Shown here: piece after piece, positions 13,029 through 24,063 of the stretch
Numbering within the stretch: the stretch's first letter is position 1
How the letters are laid out: each line of letters begins with the position of its first letter
NCBI RefSeq assembly: GCF_018977255.1
Contig: NW_024704836.1
Span: 1-64,000 of the forward strand
DNA length: 64,000 nt
Source: Callorhinchus milii
Lineage: Eukaryota
Direction of reading: 5' to 3'
Made by a program: the position numbers and the translations under genes
Notes under the pieces: model-generated
The model's database searches: none
What the model saw: only the letters and a program-made list of their open reading frames with translations
Told to the model about the DNA's origin: nothing

Positions 13029-13790
13029 CTGCGGGGAGAGACGATGACAACAACGACAACCGCAACAACAACTACAGCAGCAACCACCTTGAGTCTCGCT
13101 CCCTCCAGCCTTCTCTCACTTCCTTCGCGCGCACACTCACACCCTCACTCACTGGCACGCGCGCTCACTCCCTCGATCCCTGACTCGCCCCCGCACTCAC
13201 TCATTCACTCACTGCCTCCCTCCGTCCCTTGCTCACTCACTCGGTCGCTCACTCACTTGCTCACTCACACATTCCCCTCACTTCTTCACTCACTCACTCA
13301 CCCATTTTCTCACTTGCTCACTACTTCCCTCTTCACTCTCTTCCTCACTCACTCATTCACTCACTCAGTCCGTCACTCACTCACTAATTCTTTCCTTCCA
13401 TCTGTCTCCGCCATCTCTCTTTCAATCACTCATCCCGCACCCCCATAACTCGATGACCTGCTGACTCTCTCAGTCTCTCTCTCTCTCTCTCTCTCTCTCA
13501 GTCTCTCCCCTCACCTCTCCATCTCGGTATTCAAAATTTTCCACAATTGAAGAAAAAATTTCAGGTCATAGAAACTGGAAAAATTTCAGTCTCTCTCAGT
13601 CTCACTCTCTCTCTCAGTCTCACTCTCTCTCTCTCAGTCTCTCTCTCTCTCAGTCTCAGTCTCTCTCACTCTGAGTCTCTCTCAGTCTCTCTGTCATTCA
13701 GTACTTCTCTCTCTTTCAGTCTCTCTCTCTCAGTCTGTCTCTCACTCAGTCTCTCGTTCTGTCTCACTCAGTCTCTCACTCAGTCAGTCC

Positions 13791-13821
<31 letters not shown>

Positions 13822-13864
13822 ACTCAGATTCCGAGAGTGAGTTAATGTTTAACTCTGGACTGAC

Positions 13865-16800
13865 CTGACCAGCTGTCTGCTCACATCTCCACTGTCAGCA
13901 ATAACCTTTGAGATTGATCCCTGGAGCCGGAGAAACAGGGAAATCCCACAGCCCAGGCCTGACACTCTCTGTCTAACGGGGGTCAGACACTGCCCTTTCA
14001 ACCCACCCTCTCTGTGTGTCTCTCAGTCTCAGTCTCTCTGTCGGTACTGGGACCCCTGCTCTTTCTGATACTAAGATACTAAGTTAGGAAAAATAGTTAA
14101 TGGTGAGGAGGATAGCACCACAATAACAACAACAACAAGATTCCATTTATAGAGCGCCTTTCACGTCGGGAGGACGTCCCAAGGCGCTGTACAGTTGGGT
14201 CAGGATCCGAGCAAGGGGGAAATGGTCAGGGTGAGGGGAGGGGAGGGAGGGAGCGAGGAGGGGGAAGAGAGTCGAGAGGGGAGCTGAAGGCTCGGTCAAA
14301 GAGAAAGGTCTTGAGACCAGCGTTGAAGGAGGAAAGGGAGGAAGCGGCGAAAGCACTGGGGGATGGAGTTCCAGAGCCTCGGGGCTGAGAGGCTGAAGGC
14401 CCGGCCACCGATGGTAGGGCGGTTGGGGCGGGGGACGCGGAGCAGACCGGAGCCAGAGGAACGGAGGGTACGGGCAGGTAGGTAGGGGGATAGTAGGTTG
14501 GAGAGGTAGGAGGGAGCGAGGCCGTGAATGGCCTTGTAGGTGAGGATGAGGATCTTGAATTCGATCCTCTGGGGGATGGGGAGCCAGTGGAGGCGAGCGA
14601 GGGTGGGAGTGATGTGGTCGCGAAGCCTGGGGCGGGACAGTATACGAGCTGCAGAGTTCTGAATGACCTGCAGCTTGTGCCGGGAAGAGAGTTCCCATAG
14701 TCCAGCCTTGAGGTGATAAAGGTGTGGACCAGAGTTTCAGCCGCGTGAGGGGTGAGGTAGTGCCGTAGTCTGGCGATGTTCCGGAGGTGATGGAAGGCGG
14801 TGCCAGTTGTGGCGCGGATATCAGGGTCGAACAGAACACCGAGGTTCCTGACTGGGTTTGAGAGGTGGAGAGTGCGGCCTTGGATGCTGATGCTGTCAGT
14901 GCCTGAGGTGCGGAGGCGCTGACGTGAGCCAATCAGGAGGGCCTCAGTTTTGCGCACGTTGAGCTGAAGAAAGTTGTCTCGTCCAGGACTCAATGTCGGA
15001 CAGACAGCTGTCAGGACATCGGGGGTCGTGGAGTTGAGGGTAGAGGAGGAAAGGTAGAGTTGGGTGTCATCCACATACATGTGGAAGTTAACCCCATGTC
15101 TGCGGATGATGTCACCACAGGGGGAGCATATAGAGGGTGAAGAGGAGGGGACCAAGGACAGAGCCCTGAGGAACACCGCACGAGACAGTGCGGGGACTGG
15201 AGGAAAAGCCAGACTCCAAGAGGACTTAGACAGATTGGTAAAATGGGCAGAAACGTGGCAGATGAGGTTTAATGCAGAGAAATGCAAAGTGTTGCATTTT
15301 GGTAGGAAGAATGAGGAGAGACTAAGTTGATGGTACAATCTAAAAGGGGGCAAATGAACAGAGAGCCCTGGGGGTCCACATCTGCAAATTCTGAAGGTGG
15401 CAGGACAGGTAGATAAGGCTGTTGAAAAAGATTACGAGATACTGGGCTTTATGAATAGGGGTATAGAATACAAAGTCAGGAGGTTATGTTGAATATTTAT
15501 AATTTTTAGGCCTCAGTTGGAGACTGCGTTTAATTCTGGGCACCGCACTTTAGGAAAGATGTTAGGGCATTGGAGAGGGTGCAGAGGAGGTTTACCAGGA
15601 TGGTACCAGGAATGAGGGACTTCAGTTATCAGGAGAGGTAGAGAAGCCGGGATTACTCTCCTTGGAGCAGAGAAGGTTAAGAGGAGACTTAATAAAAGTT
15701 TTCAAAATTATGAGGGGGTTCGATAGGGTGAACAAAGAGAAACTATTCCCACTGGCGGGTGGGTCGGTAACTCGAGGACACCGATTTAAAATAGTTGTTA
15801 AAAGAAACAGAAGGGAGGTGAGGAGAAATGTTTTCAGACAGCGAGTTGTTGGAATCTGGAATGCGTTGCCTGAAAAGCTGGTGGAAGCCGATTCGATAAC
15901 CACTTTTAAGAGAGAAGTAGATCATTATTTGGGGAGGACAAGTTTCCACGGCTATGGGGAGAGCGGGGGAGTGGGATTTATTTGGATAGCTCTTTTCAAA
16001 GATCCATCACAGACACGATGGGCCGAATGGCCTCCTTCTGTGCTGTAAAATTGTATGATTCTATGGTTCTATAAAACGTCTCTCCTAACATCCCCACTTG
16101 CTCATTTATTAAACTCATTTCCTTGCTACTGATCAGTGAATTGACTATTTGACACCATCAAAACCCTTCATCATTTTAAAGTCTCGATTAGTCACTCCTC
16201 AACCTCCCTGGGCTCTCCCTCAGACTCACCGAACCAGTGCGCATACTAGGTGTCCGGTTCGACCCCCAGCTGTCCTTCCTCCCCCACATCCAACAACAAC
16301 AACAACATGATTCCATTTATAGAGCGCCTTTCACGTCGGGAGGACGTCCCAAGGCGCTGGACAGTTGGGTGAGGGAGGGAAGGGAGGGAGCGAGGAGGGT
16401 CAAGAGGGGAGCTGAAGGCACGGTCAAAGAGAAAGGTCTTGAGACCGGCCTTGAAGGAGGAAAGGGAGGAAGCAAGGCGAAGGCACTGGGGGATAGAGTT
16501 CCAGAGCCTCGGGGCTGAGAGGCTGTAAAAGTGTAGTAAATGTATGTTTTGTGGGCGAAATGTGGCAGCCAATTGCGCACAGCAGTGTCCCAAAACAGTC
16601 CGGTCCATGACCTTCTTCCACATCCGCCACATTGCTCGCCTCCGACCGTACCTTACCCCAAACGCAGCCAAAATCCTCATGCATGGGTTTGTCATCTCCC
16701 GCTAGTATTTGTCCCAACACACTCCTCGCCGGTCTCCCCAGCTCCACCATTCACAAGCTCCATCTCATTCAAAACTCTCCCGCCCGCATACTGACCTGGA

Positions 16801-18310
16801 CCAAACTCCGTACCCTCATCTCACCAGTTCTGGCCCAGGCTCCACTGGCTCCCCATCAACGAGTGGATCGACTTCAAGATCCTCTCACACTCGTGGCACC
16901 TTCCAAACTCTGTGACCTCCTCACTCCCCAATCCAGCACCCGGCATCTCCCCTCGACTAGCACCGGCCACCTGGTCATTCCTCGCGTCTGCCCCCACCAT
17001 TGGAGGTAGCTTTCAGCCAACACGCCCCCAAACTCTGGAACTTACTCACTCTATCCCTCCTTCCCCATCTTCAGGTCATATCTGAAGACTTTCCCCTCGC
17101 CGCCTCCCCCCTCCTCCTCCCCTCGGCTCAGCACTGTGCTCCGTCACTGTCAAGCGCTCTGGGACTCTCCTTGCGTGAGGGATGCTGTGTAAATGTGAGT
17201 TGTTGTTGTTGTGGGCAGCCACCCCTGCAATCACACATAGCAGGTTCCTCACACTGACAACATTCTGGCCTCGTCACTTGCATTATTTGGCAAATAATTG
17301 GTGCCTAAATCAGGGCAGGCCATGTTCGGAGGTTGGATGAGGAGTTCCATAGTGTCATGGTTAGACCACTCGCCTCACCAAACGAGAGGTCTTGGGTTCG
17401 ATTCCTTAGGCAAGTTTCCTTACCCCTCAATTTACCGAGAAGTAAAAAGGAACCCGGTTGTTAGTCAATTGGCGGATCGCTTTCCCGGGGTAATAATCTG
17501 CTAAAAATATCTAGTTAATAAGAATGATTTGGTCACTCAATCCACCACTGTTTGTGGGACACTGCCAACGAGACAACAACAACAACTTGCACCTATATAG
17601 TGCTCTCCGTGCAGGGTAGCGTCTCGGAGCGCACAAAACACACACTACACTTATTATAATAATATAGTTCTTGCATTTGATACTGCACCTTATCACGTCG
17701 TTGAGACATCTCAAAGCTCTTCACAGAATATACTGTAAAGTGTAGTGACTATGCGTGAAATGCGGTAGTCAAATCACTTTTTTCCCACTGAATTACAAAT
17801 GATTCTGTGACACAAGGTAATTTGATCCTTCTCACAGTTATTTTATTGTGGAGTCCTGTGGCTCAGTGGGTAGAGCACTCGCCTTGCAAGCAAGAGGATC
17901 TGGATTTGATTCCCGGGTGGGTCAGGGCGAAAAGTTTTAAGTTTCCTAACGCCGCACACACACACACGCGCGCGCGCGCCTCTGGTCAGTAAGTAGGAAC
18001 CCAGTTGTTAGTCGATTGGCAGATCATTTTTCCGGGGGTAATAACCCCTTCAAAAAAATAAATGAAACAATAATAATTTGGTCACTCAATTAACAACTGT
18101 TTGTGGGACACTGCTGTGCGCAATTGGCTGCCGCATTTCGCCCACAACACATACAGTCACTACACTTTTACAGTGTAATCTGTGAAGTGCTATTGAGACG
18201 TCTAGAAGACCGGATAAAACGCTACAACAAATGAAAGAATCAATATTATCATTTAACTCTTAACTTACAGGAGCTCTAATTTGGTCGGTTTCAGAGCAGC
18301 AGTCGACCAT
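13865..18310 (-). CDS. ADPRH: Predicted 5' coding exons of ADPRH (18269-18310 and 13865-13920)
   Basis: ATG at 18310 in GGAGTGATGG context, donor CCT|GTAAGT. A 56-nt exon has a pyrimidine-rich acceptor and CAG|GTCAGT donor. Phases 0 and 2 join in frame to the 13028 exon, giving [46 protein letters not shown]. Inferred from splice signals only. Confidence 0.55.
14125..17215. mobile_element. Cluster of L2 (minus 14125-15185; plus 16600-17210) and CR1 (plus 15195-16075) LINE fragments
   Basis: RT motifs (FHMYVDDTQLY, FITSRLDY, RRLRGDLI) and characteristic 3' tails. Confidence 0.85.
17340..18235. mobile_element. tRNA-derived SINEs (heads near 17342 and 17851)
   Basis: tRNA-like heads (GGCTCAGTGG..AGAGCACTCGCCTTGCAAGC..GATTCCC) run into a shared SINE body and L2-like tail. 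Confidence 0.8.
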
Positions 18311-18571
18311 CACTCCATCTCGCTCACTCTCCGTTCTGTTCACTCTTTATCTCTTATCTGTGAGTCTGCACCTTGCAGTTCCCAGACTATCCCCTGGGGG
18401 AGGCTGTGGCCTCACTAAATCACCCAAACACCCACATCTTCACATCACATGAGGTGCGAGGGTTACCTTCACTCTGCCAGAGATTCACATCACAGAGAGA
18501 GAGTGTGAGTGAGAGAGAGAGAGAGAGGGAGGTTGTGAGGTTCCCAAGGTTAATCCAAGTCTCTGCAAACA

Positions 18572-19428
18572 ATGAGTCTGTCCTTTCTCACTGTCTCTCT
18601 GATCTCCATCTTCTGGCCCTGTGAGTATCTCTCAACAGCTCTGAATTTCCCTCAGGCTCTCAATTCCACTGAGATTCATATCCATATCACACCCCACTCT
18701 CCCAGACTCTCTGCGTATCTCTGTCTCTCTGTGTCTGAGTGAGTGTATGTGTGTCTCTCTCTTTAACCTGCAGTTCCTGAGCCTGGCCGGAGACAGGTCT
18801 TGGGGGGCAGGTGGGATTCTTCCCGCTCGGCTCCAAGACAAAGTCCCGACTGACGGCTTGGGTTCCAAGCAGCGGGAAGCTTGCCAGGCAGCGCTCGCAA
18901 TTTTGGGGTGGAGAAACCGTCAGGTTCTAGCTGGTCAAACCCCAGCAGTGACACCCCACCCTCCCTCCCGCTACACACCAATGTCTCTCTCCCAGTGTCT
19001 GGCCGACAGATACAATCGTCACGGCTGTTTGCCTGGAAGTGGCTGCTGTGTTGGCCCACAACACACAGTCACTACCCTTTGCAGCGAGTCCCACTTTTGT
19101 TTCAACGCTTGTGTCTCCCTCAGGCTGGGTGACGGCCGAGCTGATCTATCAGTGGCCTCCGAGGACGGTGGTGAGAGAGAGCGACTCTGTGCTATTGGGT
19201 TGCCACCAGAATGACAGCAGTAAACCTATAATGCTCTGGTACCAGCAGAGAGATGGAGAGGGCCTGAGACTGATCGGCTTTACCTACTATCCAAACCCAC
19301 CGACTATGGAGAAGGACGAGCAGAGTAATTTTGAGATCATATCGCAAGATCAGACAACATCTCGGCTGAACATCTCAATGGTGAGAGCGCCGCAGGAGGG
19401 GATGTATTACTGCGCAGCCAGAGATGAG
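18572..19428 (+). CDS. TRBV: Inverted TCR beta V gene 3' of C (leader 18572-18620, V exon 19124-19428), apparently intact
   Basis: Leader MSLSFLTVSLISIFWP with T|GTGAGT donor. V exon has both conserved Cys, MLWYQQ and YYCAARDE. RSS is CACAGTG (19429-19435), 23-nt spacer, TCATAAACC (19459-19467). Confidence 0.93.
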
Positions 19429-19729
19429 CACAGTGAGAGAGATTGACTGAAAGCTCACTCATAAACCTCACTCCTCACACACCCTTCCTGCCACTCCACC
19501 TCCCTCCCCGCTTCACACTGGCACCTGTACTCTCCAACAGAATGCAGCAATGTCGACAGAGAGACAGAACGTGAGAGCGAGAATGAGTAGATCATCACGC
19601 CAACTGGCCAACAGAGGGCAGATATCTCCCCGAGGGACACAGAGAGAGAGAGTGGTGGTGGGGTGGGGGAGGGTGGAGACACCAGCCCTTGACCTAGTTT
19701 AGAGAGCACAGAGCATAAGGGAAATTTGA

Positions 19730-19860
19730 GGTCGGATAAACCAGCAGCAAACTATCTGCCCACATCTGCTCTTTGCGATTTGTGCTGAGTGTGGCCGGTG
19801 ACATCCTGTTATTGTGTGGAGCTGTGCTGTTTTGGCTCTGTGGTTAACAGGTGTCAGGCT
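19730..19860. promoter_or_regulatory. Candidate TCR beta enhancer (E-beta)
   Basis: GATAAA 19735, CTATCT 19752, E-box CATCTG 19763, TGTGGC 19790, GTGACATCCTGTT (ETS plus CRE-like half site) 19798, RUNX TGTGGT 19838, E-box CAGGTG 19847. Lies between C and the inverted V. Confidence 0.6.
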
Positions 19861-20774
19861 TGTAGCTCGGGCTCTGGGCTCAAGGTTCTGAGTCTGAGCT
19901 CCATGTTGTGGGGTTTTGGGGTCACAGTCAAGGATGTCTCGGTCTCTCCCTCCATCTGTGTCTCTTTGTTGGTTTCTCTCCGGTTTCTCTCTGTTTCTTT
20001 TCTCTCCCTCTATCTGTCTCGATTTGTCGATCTCCTTTCTGTCTCTGTGTCTGCCGCTCTCCTATCTTCCTATTATTCTCCCTCTTTCTGTATCTTCATC
20101 CATCTGTCTCTCTCTGTCTGTCTGTCTGTCTGTCTGCCTCCTTTCTCTCTGTCTGAATCTCTGTATCTCTCGCTCTCTCTCCCACTCTCTTTTTCTTGAT
20201 CTCTCTCTCTCTTTGTCTCACTCTCTGTGTGTATCTCTCTGTCTATCTCTCAGTCCCTGTCTCTTCCCTGCTTGTTTCCCCTCTCTCTCTCTCTCTCTCT
20301 CTCATGCCTATCACATACTCTTTCAAGAGAGCCGAAGAGTTGGAGAGCAACAGAAACCAAGACAGACTCGGAGACAAAGAGTGAATGAGAGAGCCCTAAT
20401 CTGCTTTTTATTCTTCAACCATCCTACTATCCAAATCATCACATTTCCCCCTATTCTCTGTGTGCATTGTTTCTTCTTCAACCTATATACGACATCTCAT
20501 CAAATACCTTTTGAAAGTCCAGATATGCTACATCCCATAGAACAGCCTTGATCTACATTTGCCGTAACTACCTCAAGGAAATCTATAGCACTTTAGGAAG
20601 GATGTCAAGTCCTAGGAGAGGGTGCAGGGGAGATTTGCCAGAATGGTACCAGCGATGAGGGACTTTAGTTACGTGGAGACACGAGAGAGGATGTGATTGT
20701 TATATATCTATCCATAATTAACCCACGCCTGTATAAGTACTCGCAAACCTGGTCCCTCATTATTCCACCCAGAG

Positions 20775-21170
20775 GCTTACTGTATCAGCGTGGCTCAGTC
20801 ATCGGGATCTGGCCTTTTGAATCACAAGGTTGTGGGTTCAAGCCCCGTGTTGGGAGCTGGAATCACACAGTGTGTGCTGATGCTCCAGTGCAGTCCAGGG
20901 AGGGGGGAGGACCTGTTCAGATGAACGCTAAAGATCTCCTGTGGTTCAATTTGAAAAGAGAATTTCTCTCTGGTGACCTGGCCAACATTTCCCCCAAACA
21001 AAATTGGTCGCTCGCTCCACGGCTGTTTGTGGGACCGTCGCTGTGCGGAAAATGACTGCTGTGTTTCACCCACAAAATACAGTCACTACACTTTGCAGTA
21101 GATCCTGTGAAGCACTTTGAGACGCCTCGACGATGTGATCAGGCGCTGTATCAAATGCCTGGAATCTTAT
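20775..21170 (+). mobile_element. Deu-domain-like tRNA SINE
   Basis: tRNA-like head, GCTGATGCTCCAGTGCAGT central motif, L2-like tail. Confidence 0.55.
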
Positions 21171-22149
21171 TTTAAATGGAATTGAAAAAGTAAACCTAGA
21201 TCAATGCTTTAGGATGTGTCATGACAGTAGAACAAGAGAACACAGGTTTAGAGATGCAAAGGACAATTTGAGGACAGAGACCAGGAAGTTTATCTTTACC
21301 CAGAGGGTAATTAAAGACCGGACGGGTCTTTGAGGACTGGACGCTGGGACTCATTTAAACAGCTGCTCGATACTGTGATGGGGGGAATCTGTTGGTCTGT
21401 TGGGGTTCTGGAGGGAATAGAGAAGATGGGCTGAAGGGCTTCCTTTACCCAGACCAATCTTGTGACACAAGGCAGAAACACACACAGACAAACATACACA
21501 CAGACAGACTCGCACATAGACACACCGACAGATACACAGCCAAACACACAGAAAAACACCTTGCATTTTGTCCCATCAAGTGGATAATAACAGAAAGAGG
21601 GAGACAAAGCGAAAAGTGAAAGAAAGACAGAGAGAGATGGATAGAAAAAGACAGAGAGCGACAGAAAGAGAGAGACATAAACAGAGAGATATGGAGAGAA
21701 TGACACAAAAAGAGACAAGAGAGTGGGAGACACAAAGAGAGAGAGACAGACGCACAGACAGACAGCAGAGTGAATGCAGTATTAGGTCGGGGGTGGATTG
21801 AGGAGAGATGGTGGGGGTGGGGGGGAGAGATAGCAGGTGTCTGCAAACACTTTGCTCACATTAAAAACACGCAGAAAGTGCAGAAGTTTCCACAGCTCAA
21901 CCTCACCACATCCGTGTGCTCTAATTATGTCACCCGCACACCCGAGCTCTTTCTACAAGATCAACAGTCTCGGAAATTTGAGTCATAATCTTTCCAAATG
22001 TCTTGAGGGGGGGGGAGGGGTATGAGATAGAGACACCGACGAACAGACATACACAGATAAGCAGAAAAAGACACATACAGAGAAATACACAGACAGAAAC
22101 CAACGCACGGGCAGAAACACACACACACACAGAGACAAGCTGAATAACG

Positions 22150-23375
22150 TGGGACTTGTGTATAAATAACAAGTTTAAAGTTTGCAGATGACACAAAACT
22201 TGGGAAGGTAGCAAACAGGGAGGAGGATGGACGTAGACAGGCTGGTGAAATGGGCAGACGCATGGCAGATGCAGTTTAATACAGAGAAGTGTGAGGCGAT
22301 GCATTTTGGAAGGAAGAACGAGGAGAGGGAATGTACAGTGAATGGTTAAAGGGGTCAGCGTGGCTTTCATCGCCCTTTCAGGCAATGCATTCGAGATCCG
22401 AAAAACTCGCTGTGTGTAAAAAAAAAACTCTCCTCACCTCCCCTCCGTTTAACAACAATTTTAAATCGGGGTCCTCGGGTTACGACCCACCCGCCAGTAG
22501 GAATAGTTTCTCCTTGTTCACCCTATCGAATCCCCTCATAATTTTGAAAACTTCTATTAAGTCTCCTCTTAACTTTCTCTGCTCCGAGGAGGATAATCCC
22601 GGCTTCTCTGGCCTCGCCTGATAACTGAGGTCCCTCATTCCTAGTGCCATCCTGGTCAATGTCCTTTGCACCCTCTCTAATCACTTGACATCCTTTCTAA
22701 AGCGTGGTTCGCAGAACTGAACCCAGTCTCTCGCTGAGGCCTAACCAGTTTTATATAAAGGTTCGTCATAACTTCCTGACTTTTGTATTCTATGCCCCTA
22801 TTTATAAAGCCTAGTATGCTGTATCTTTTTTTAACAACTTTATCTACCTGTCCTGCCACCTACAAAGATTTACTTGTATGAATCTCCAGGTCTCCCTATT
22901 CCTTCACCGTGTTTAATATTGTACCATCAGCTTATATTGCCTTTCTGGTAGAGACACTAGCGAGGCTGGGATTGTTCTCCTTGGAGCAGACAAGGTTAAC
23001 GGGAGATTTAATGTAGGTCACAATCATGAGGGGTTTTGATAGAGTACATACTGAGAAACCGTTTCCACTGTCAGGTGGGTCGGCAAGCAGGGCACGTAGA
23101 TTTAAGCTGATTGTCAAAAGAACCAGTGGGGAAATGAGGATTTTTTTTTACACACAGAAAGTTGTTACGGTCTGGAACGCACAGCCTGAAAGGGCGGTGG
23201 AAACAGAGTCAATAAGAACGTTTAAAAGGGAATTAATAATAATAATAATAATTAGAGAGGTACTTGAAGAGGAAAGATTTGCACGAGGGAGTGGGGGAAT
23301 TGGACTGATTGGGTATCTCTTTCAAAAAGCCGGCAGAGGCAGGATGTGTCAACTGTAATATTCTATGATTCTAGG
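22150..23375. mobile_element. CR1 LINE fragments in both orientations
   Basis: KFADDTKL, RGDLIEVFKIM motifs and ATTCTATG ends. Confidence 0.85.
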
Positions 23376-24063
23376 CAACGATATAACACAGGCAGACAGA
23401 CATATAGACAGAAACAGACAATAGACGCAGTGCTCACTACCCCCAAGTTGCCCTTAGTTGGCAACTTGAGATGCCCCCACTTTGTCGGTCATTTAGGGAC
23501 ACCCCCCTCACCCCCTCCTCTTATGGCGGCCATTTGACAGCGTCCAGAAGCCACTTCTGACGGCCATTTTGAGGCCTCGTTCAAGCCAATGAGAGAAAAG
23601 TAATCAACAGGAATTAAATGTGAATAAAAATCAAGAGTTTAATAAACGCAGGAGCTATTCCACTACAAGAAAGCGCTTACTCTTTGCGAGTCACTAAATT
23701 GTACGGTTACGATAGCGAAAGCTCTGTCATGAAATAGAGGTCATTCTACACGCACATCTCGCCACACTGGAGCTCCCTCTGGTCTAATCCCATTCCCTGC
23801 TCTCTTTCTCTCTCTCTCCATCCATCTTGTCCTTGCTCTTGCTCATTCCCCTCAAAATTGTATTTCTTTACTCTAAACCTAACCCCCTGCTCTCTCTCTC
23901 TCTCGCTCACTCCCCAGTGCGCTGGTGCTCTTTCCATCTCACACCCCCACTGGAGCTCTCTAATCTAACCCCATCCCCTGCCAAGAAAATATTTAAATGA
24001 AAGCGGTTCAGATGTGATGATCTCTCTCCCTGCTTCTTGTTCAAAACCTTCACAGTTTCAGAA

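Noticed and set aside
13420-13460. Alternative ADPRH start exon (MGVRD..)
   Set aside because: Weak donor (GTGATT) and no promoter or acceptor context; the 13865-13920 and 18269-18310 exons fit better.
12095-13840. His/Thr/Ser/Leu-rich ORFs here and at 4799-5323, 19789-21846, 26616-27310
   Set aside because: Translations of (CA)n and (CT)n microsatellites.
23440-23740. YY1/CCAAT-like island as a promoter or the TRB enhancer
   Set aside because: No T-cell factor cluster and no downstream exon; GGCGGCCATTT motifs are common in DNA-transposon remnants.
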